Below are positions 61,702-64,000 of a stretch of 64,000 bases of DNA, piece after piece. The position numbers and the translations under genes were made by a program. Position 1 is the stretch's first letter. Each line of letters starts with the position of its first letter. Location of the stretch: assembly GCA_001782165.1 (NCBI GenBank), contig MFNV01000005.1:545-64544 (forward strand). Reading direction: 5' to 3'. The notes under the pieces were generated by a model. It searched no databases, had not been told where the DNA came from, and saw only the letters and a program-made list of their open reading frames with translations. The stretch is from Candidatus Levybacteria bacterium RIFCSPHIGHO2_01_FULL_41_15. GTDB taxonomy: Bacteria > Patescibacteriota > Microgenomatia > Levybacterales > UBA12049.

Positions 61702-63033
61702 TTATTCCTGCCGTATAAAGGATGATAATTTATCTATTCTTACCCTTTCCTGTTTCATTGTGTCTCGGTCTCTTACCGTAACTGTCTGGTCTTCAAGGCT
61801 TTGAAAATCAACTGTTACGCAATAAGGTGTTCCGATTTCGTCCTGGTAAAAATATCTCTTTCCTATATTGCCTCTATCATCAAAGGCAATACTTCCAAAC
61901 TCGCTCTTTAAGTTATCATAAATATTTCTTGCAAGTTTTACAAGGTCCATTTTGTTGGCAAGAAGCGGAAATACGGCAGCTTTTATTGGGGACAATTTAG
62001 GATGAAGTTTCAAAACTACCCGATTACCTCCTTCACTATAAGCATCTATAAGAAAAGCCAGCATCATACGTCCTACCCCCACAGATGGCTCAATGACATA
62101 TGGCACATATCTTTTCTTTTTATCATCGTCAAAATAGGAAAGATCACGGCCGGAATATTTACTTTGTTGTTTCAAATCGTAATCTCCTCGATTAGCTACT
62201 CCTTCAAGCTCCCCAAAATCCTCTGCTATAAATGGCCAGTTGTACCAGATCTCAGTTGTTCCTTTGGAATAATGAGCTATGTCTTCTTTTGGTAAATCAA
62301 CAAGTTTAATATTTTCTTTTTTAATTCCTAAATCCAAATACCATTTAAGTCTTTCTTGCCTCCAGTAATCAAACCATTTCTTCGAGGTATCCGGTTCTAC
62401 GAAGTACTCAAGTTCCATCATCTCAAACTCCCGGACCCTGAAAAGAAAATTTCCCGTAGTAATTTCATTCCTGAATCCCTTACCAATTTGCGCTATTCCA
62501 AATGGGATTTTTACGCGCGTTGTAGAAAGAACATTTTCAAAATTAATAAAAATCCCCTGCGCAGTTTCAGGTCTTAAGTAGGTTTTATTTTCTTCATTAT
62601 CAAGGGGCCCCACGAAGGTTTTAAACATTAGATTAAACTTTTTTACATCTGTCCAAGCAACTTGCCTTGAGCCCGTCGAAGGGTGTGTCTTGGCATGCTC
62701 TTCGATTTCTTTCTTAAGATCTGCTTTGAATCTTTCGTGGCAAATTTTGCACTCAATAAGAGGATCTGTAAAAGAAGCTATATGGCCGGATGCCTCCCAG
62801 ACTCTTCGATGAGAAAGAATTGAGGAGTCTAAGCCTACTACGTCATCGCGGGACAAAACCACAGAGTTCCACCACTCCCTTTTTATATTATTTGCAAGTA
62901 AGACTCCCAAAGGTCCGAGATCCCAAACTCCGTTTAGCCCTCCATAAATTTCAGAATTCTGAAAAACAAAACCCCGCCTCTTACACAAAGCAACTATTTT
63001 CTCCATAAGATTCAGACCATTTTCTTGTTTCAT
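61702..63033 (-). CDS. glyQS: Glycine--tRNA ligase, dimeric alpha2 (eukaryote/archaeal) type
   Basis: N-terminus KRRGFVFQNSEIYGGLNGVWDLGPLGVLLANNIKREWW is the canonical alpha2-GlyRS sequence. Class II motifs and an anticodon-binding domain are present. Confidence 0.9.
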   Translation of the reverse strand: MKQENGLNLMEKIVALCKRRGFVFQNSEIYGGLNGVWDLGPLGVLLANNIKREWWNSVVLSRDDVVGLDSSILSHRRVWEASGHIASFTDPLIECKICHERFKADLKKEIEEHAKTHPSTGSRQVAWTDVKKFNLMFKTFVGPLDNEENKTYLRPETAQGIFINFENVLSTTRVKIPFGIAQIGKGFRNEITTGNFLFRVREFEMMELEYFVEPDTSKKWFDYWRQERLKWYLDLGIKKENIKLVDLPKEDIAHYSKGTTEIWYNWPFIAEDFGELEGVANRGDYDLKQQSKYSGRDLSYFDDDKKKRYVPYVIEPSVGVGRMMLAFLIDAYSEGGNRVVLKLHPKLSPIKAAVFPLLANKMDLVKLARNIYDNLKSEFGSIAFDDRGNIGKRYFYQDEIGTPYCVTVDFQSLEDQTVTVRDRDTMKQERVRIDKLSSFIRQE

Positions 63034-63454
63034 TCTCTAAAATTAAAAAGCGACGGGGGCCACAACCTTCCTACTGACAGGCAAGTCTTTTCCATCGCGT
63101 CTGACGCGACCATTAAATTCTCCGCCACAATTGTATGATAGCAAAAAAGGGATATAAAGTGAATTGAGAATTATTTTCCGCTTTGAGGATCGCGCCGCAT
63201 ACTTCTTCTTATTATCCATGCAAGTTCACGTGGTACTATATTGACAGAAGAATACATTCTTCTCATACCATTCCAATGATCATGTCTTGCTCTATGCCCA
63301 CCTTTGTCAGAGTAGTGATTTTCTACTTCTCCTTGTCTTAGTAATCTAAAGCGTTCTTGCACCTAATCTTAGGTTAACAAACTAAAGTAAATCAGTCAAT
63401 AACTCAAACTTGACTTTTGAGGAGTTATTTTGATATGTTTGGTAATATATAGGT

Positions 63455-63931
63455 ATGTCAAACAGAATCAACTTTTACGCGAGGGCTCTTCAAGCAGTCT
63501 ATGTCTTTTTATTTATCATATTCCTGTTAAACGCTTTTACCGTGGACGTTCTCTTTGCTCCTCCTGCTTTGGCAATTTTAAGGGTTCCAAGCAATATAAG
63601 AGGGATAGGAGAGATAATAAATGCTCCGTGGATGCAAAGCCTTCGAGTCTACCATGTATTTCTTTTAATTATAGCTGTTCTTGGATCCTTAAACCTGATA
63701 GGTCTTACAAGACTTGAATCAAGAATCTGGAAAGGAGTTCTAAGATTCTCCTCTTTTCTTGGAATTTTGATTCTATGGTCTTTGATTTTATTTTTCTTTC
63801 TCCCCTTTTTAATACAAGGAAACTACAGTCCCGTCTACCTTAAAACATCTATCATTTATTTGGGTATAACTTTCATAATTTTCCTCGTTAATCTCGCAAC
63901 ATTTACCGTAGCCATTCAGGGACGAAATTAA
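63455..63931 (+). CDS. Hypothetical polytopic membrane protein
   Basis: 158 aa with 4-5 hydrophobic helices. Confidence 0.3.
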   Translation: MSNRINFYARALQAVYVFLFIIFLLNAFTVDVLFAPPALAILRVPSNIRGIGEIINAPWMQSLRVYHVFLLIIAVLGSLNLIGLTRLESRIWKGVLRFSSFLGILILWSLILFFFLPFLIQGNYSPVYLKTSIIYLGITFIIFLVNLATFTVAIQGRN

Positions 63932-64000
63932 CTTATAAGAAGAGGGAGAATATCCTTAGTCCGCATTTTCTTTTCTATAATATTTTCTATAAAATTCTGT

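Noticed and set aside
63171-63362. 63-aa ORF (MQERFRLLRQGEVENHYSDKGGHRARHDHWNGMRRMY...) in the 420-bp gap between glyQS and the next gene; possible small protein or ncRNA
   Set aside because: No recognisable family. No convincing RBS. Arg/His-rich composition typical of random ORFs in a mildly GC-rich spacer. I could not identify tRNA/SRP/6S-like features with confidence, so it is left uncalled.

Overview
The window looks like an AT-rich, compact bacterial chromosome segment, possibly from a CPR/Patescibacteria-like or other low-GC lineage. Nearly all housekeeping genes are on the minus strand.

Layout by region:
(a) 1-11.2 kb: a glycan-biosynthesis island. It holds a partial Wzx-like flippase, a zinc-ribbon C-methyltransferase, two GT2 enzymes (one fused to a large GT-C membrane domain), two further GT-C-like membrane proteins, a SAM methyltransferase and a GT4. 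The island ends at a tRNA-Val(CAC).
(b) 11.3-18.9 kb: housekeeping genes lepB, parB, rpmA, rplU, a SEDS protein, type-2 ileS, a redoxin, rpiB and a GNAT.
(c) 18.9-24.9 kb: a small integrated element of membrane-associated ORFans plus an XRE regulator, an RHH-like protein and a tyrosine integrase. It sits immediately 3' of ftsZ.
(d) 24.9-31.0 kb: the distal half of a dcw cluster (ftsZ, ftsA, ftsQ-like, murG, ftsW, mraY).
(e) 31.3-48.3 kb: the most interesting region, a ~17 kb cell-surface locus wedged inside the dcw cluster. It encodes a TasA/camelysin-like protein with a SipW-cognate signal, a SipW signal peptidase fused to its own cognate-signal domain, an RTX-like beta-roll repeat protein, and a sortase. 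Downstream of these is an operon of secreted Asn/Asp-rich proteins built from a shared ~85-aa repeat module (one with LPVTG). It also holds YezD-like and DUF4352-like proteins, two GT-C-like membrane proteins and a 1249-aa GC-rich adhesin-like giant protein.
(f) 48.4-59.5 kb: glmS, a HAD hydrolase, a GlmU-like protein, murA, murC, a murE-like ligase, ftsI, ftsL, rsmH and mraZ. A textbook MraZ operator (GTGGG direct repeats, 10-bp phased) lies upstream of mraZ. Two copies of a GC-rich palindromic mini-element are inserted in frame into the murE-like gene and mraZ.
(g) 59.7-64 kb: a membrane hypothetical, purF, glyQS and a membrane hypothetical.

No rRNA or CRISPR array was seen. All calls are from reading the sequence and the ORF track by eye; no database searches were run.
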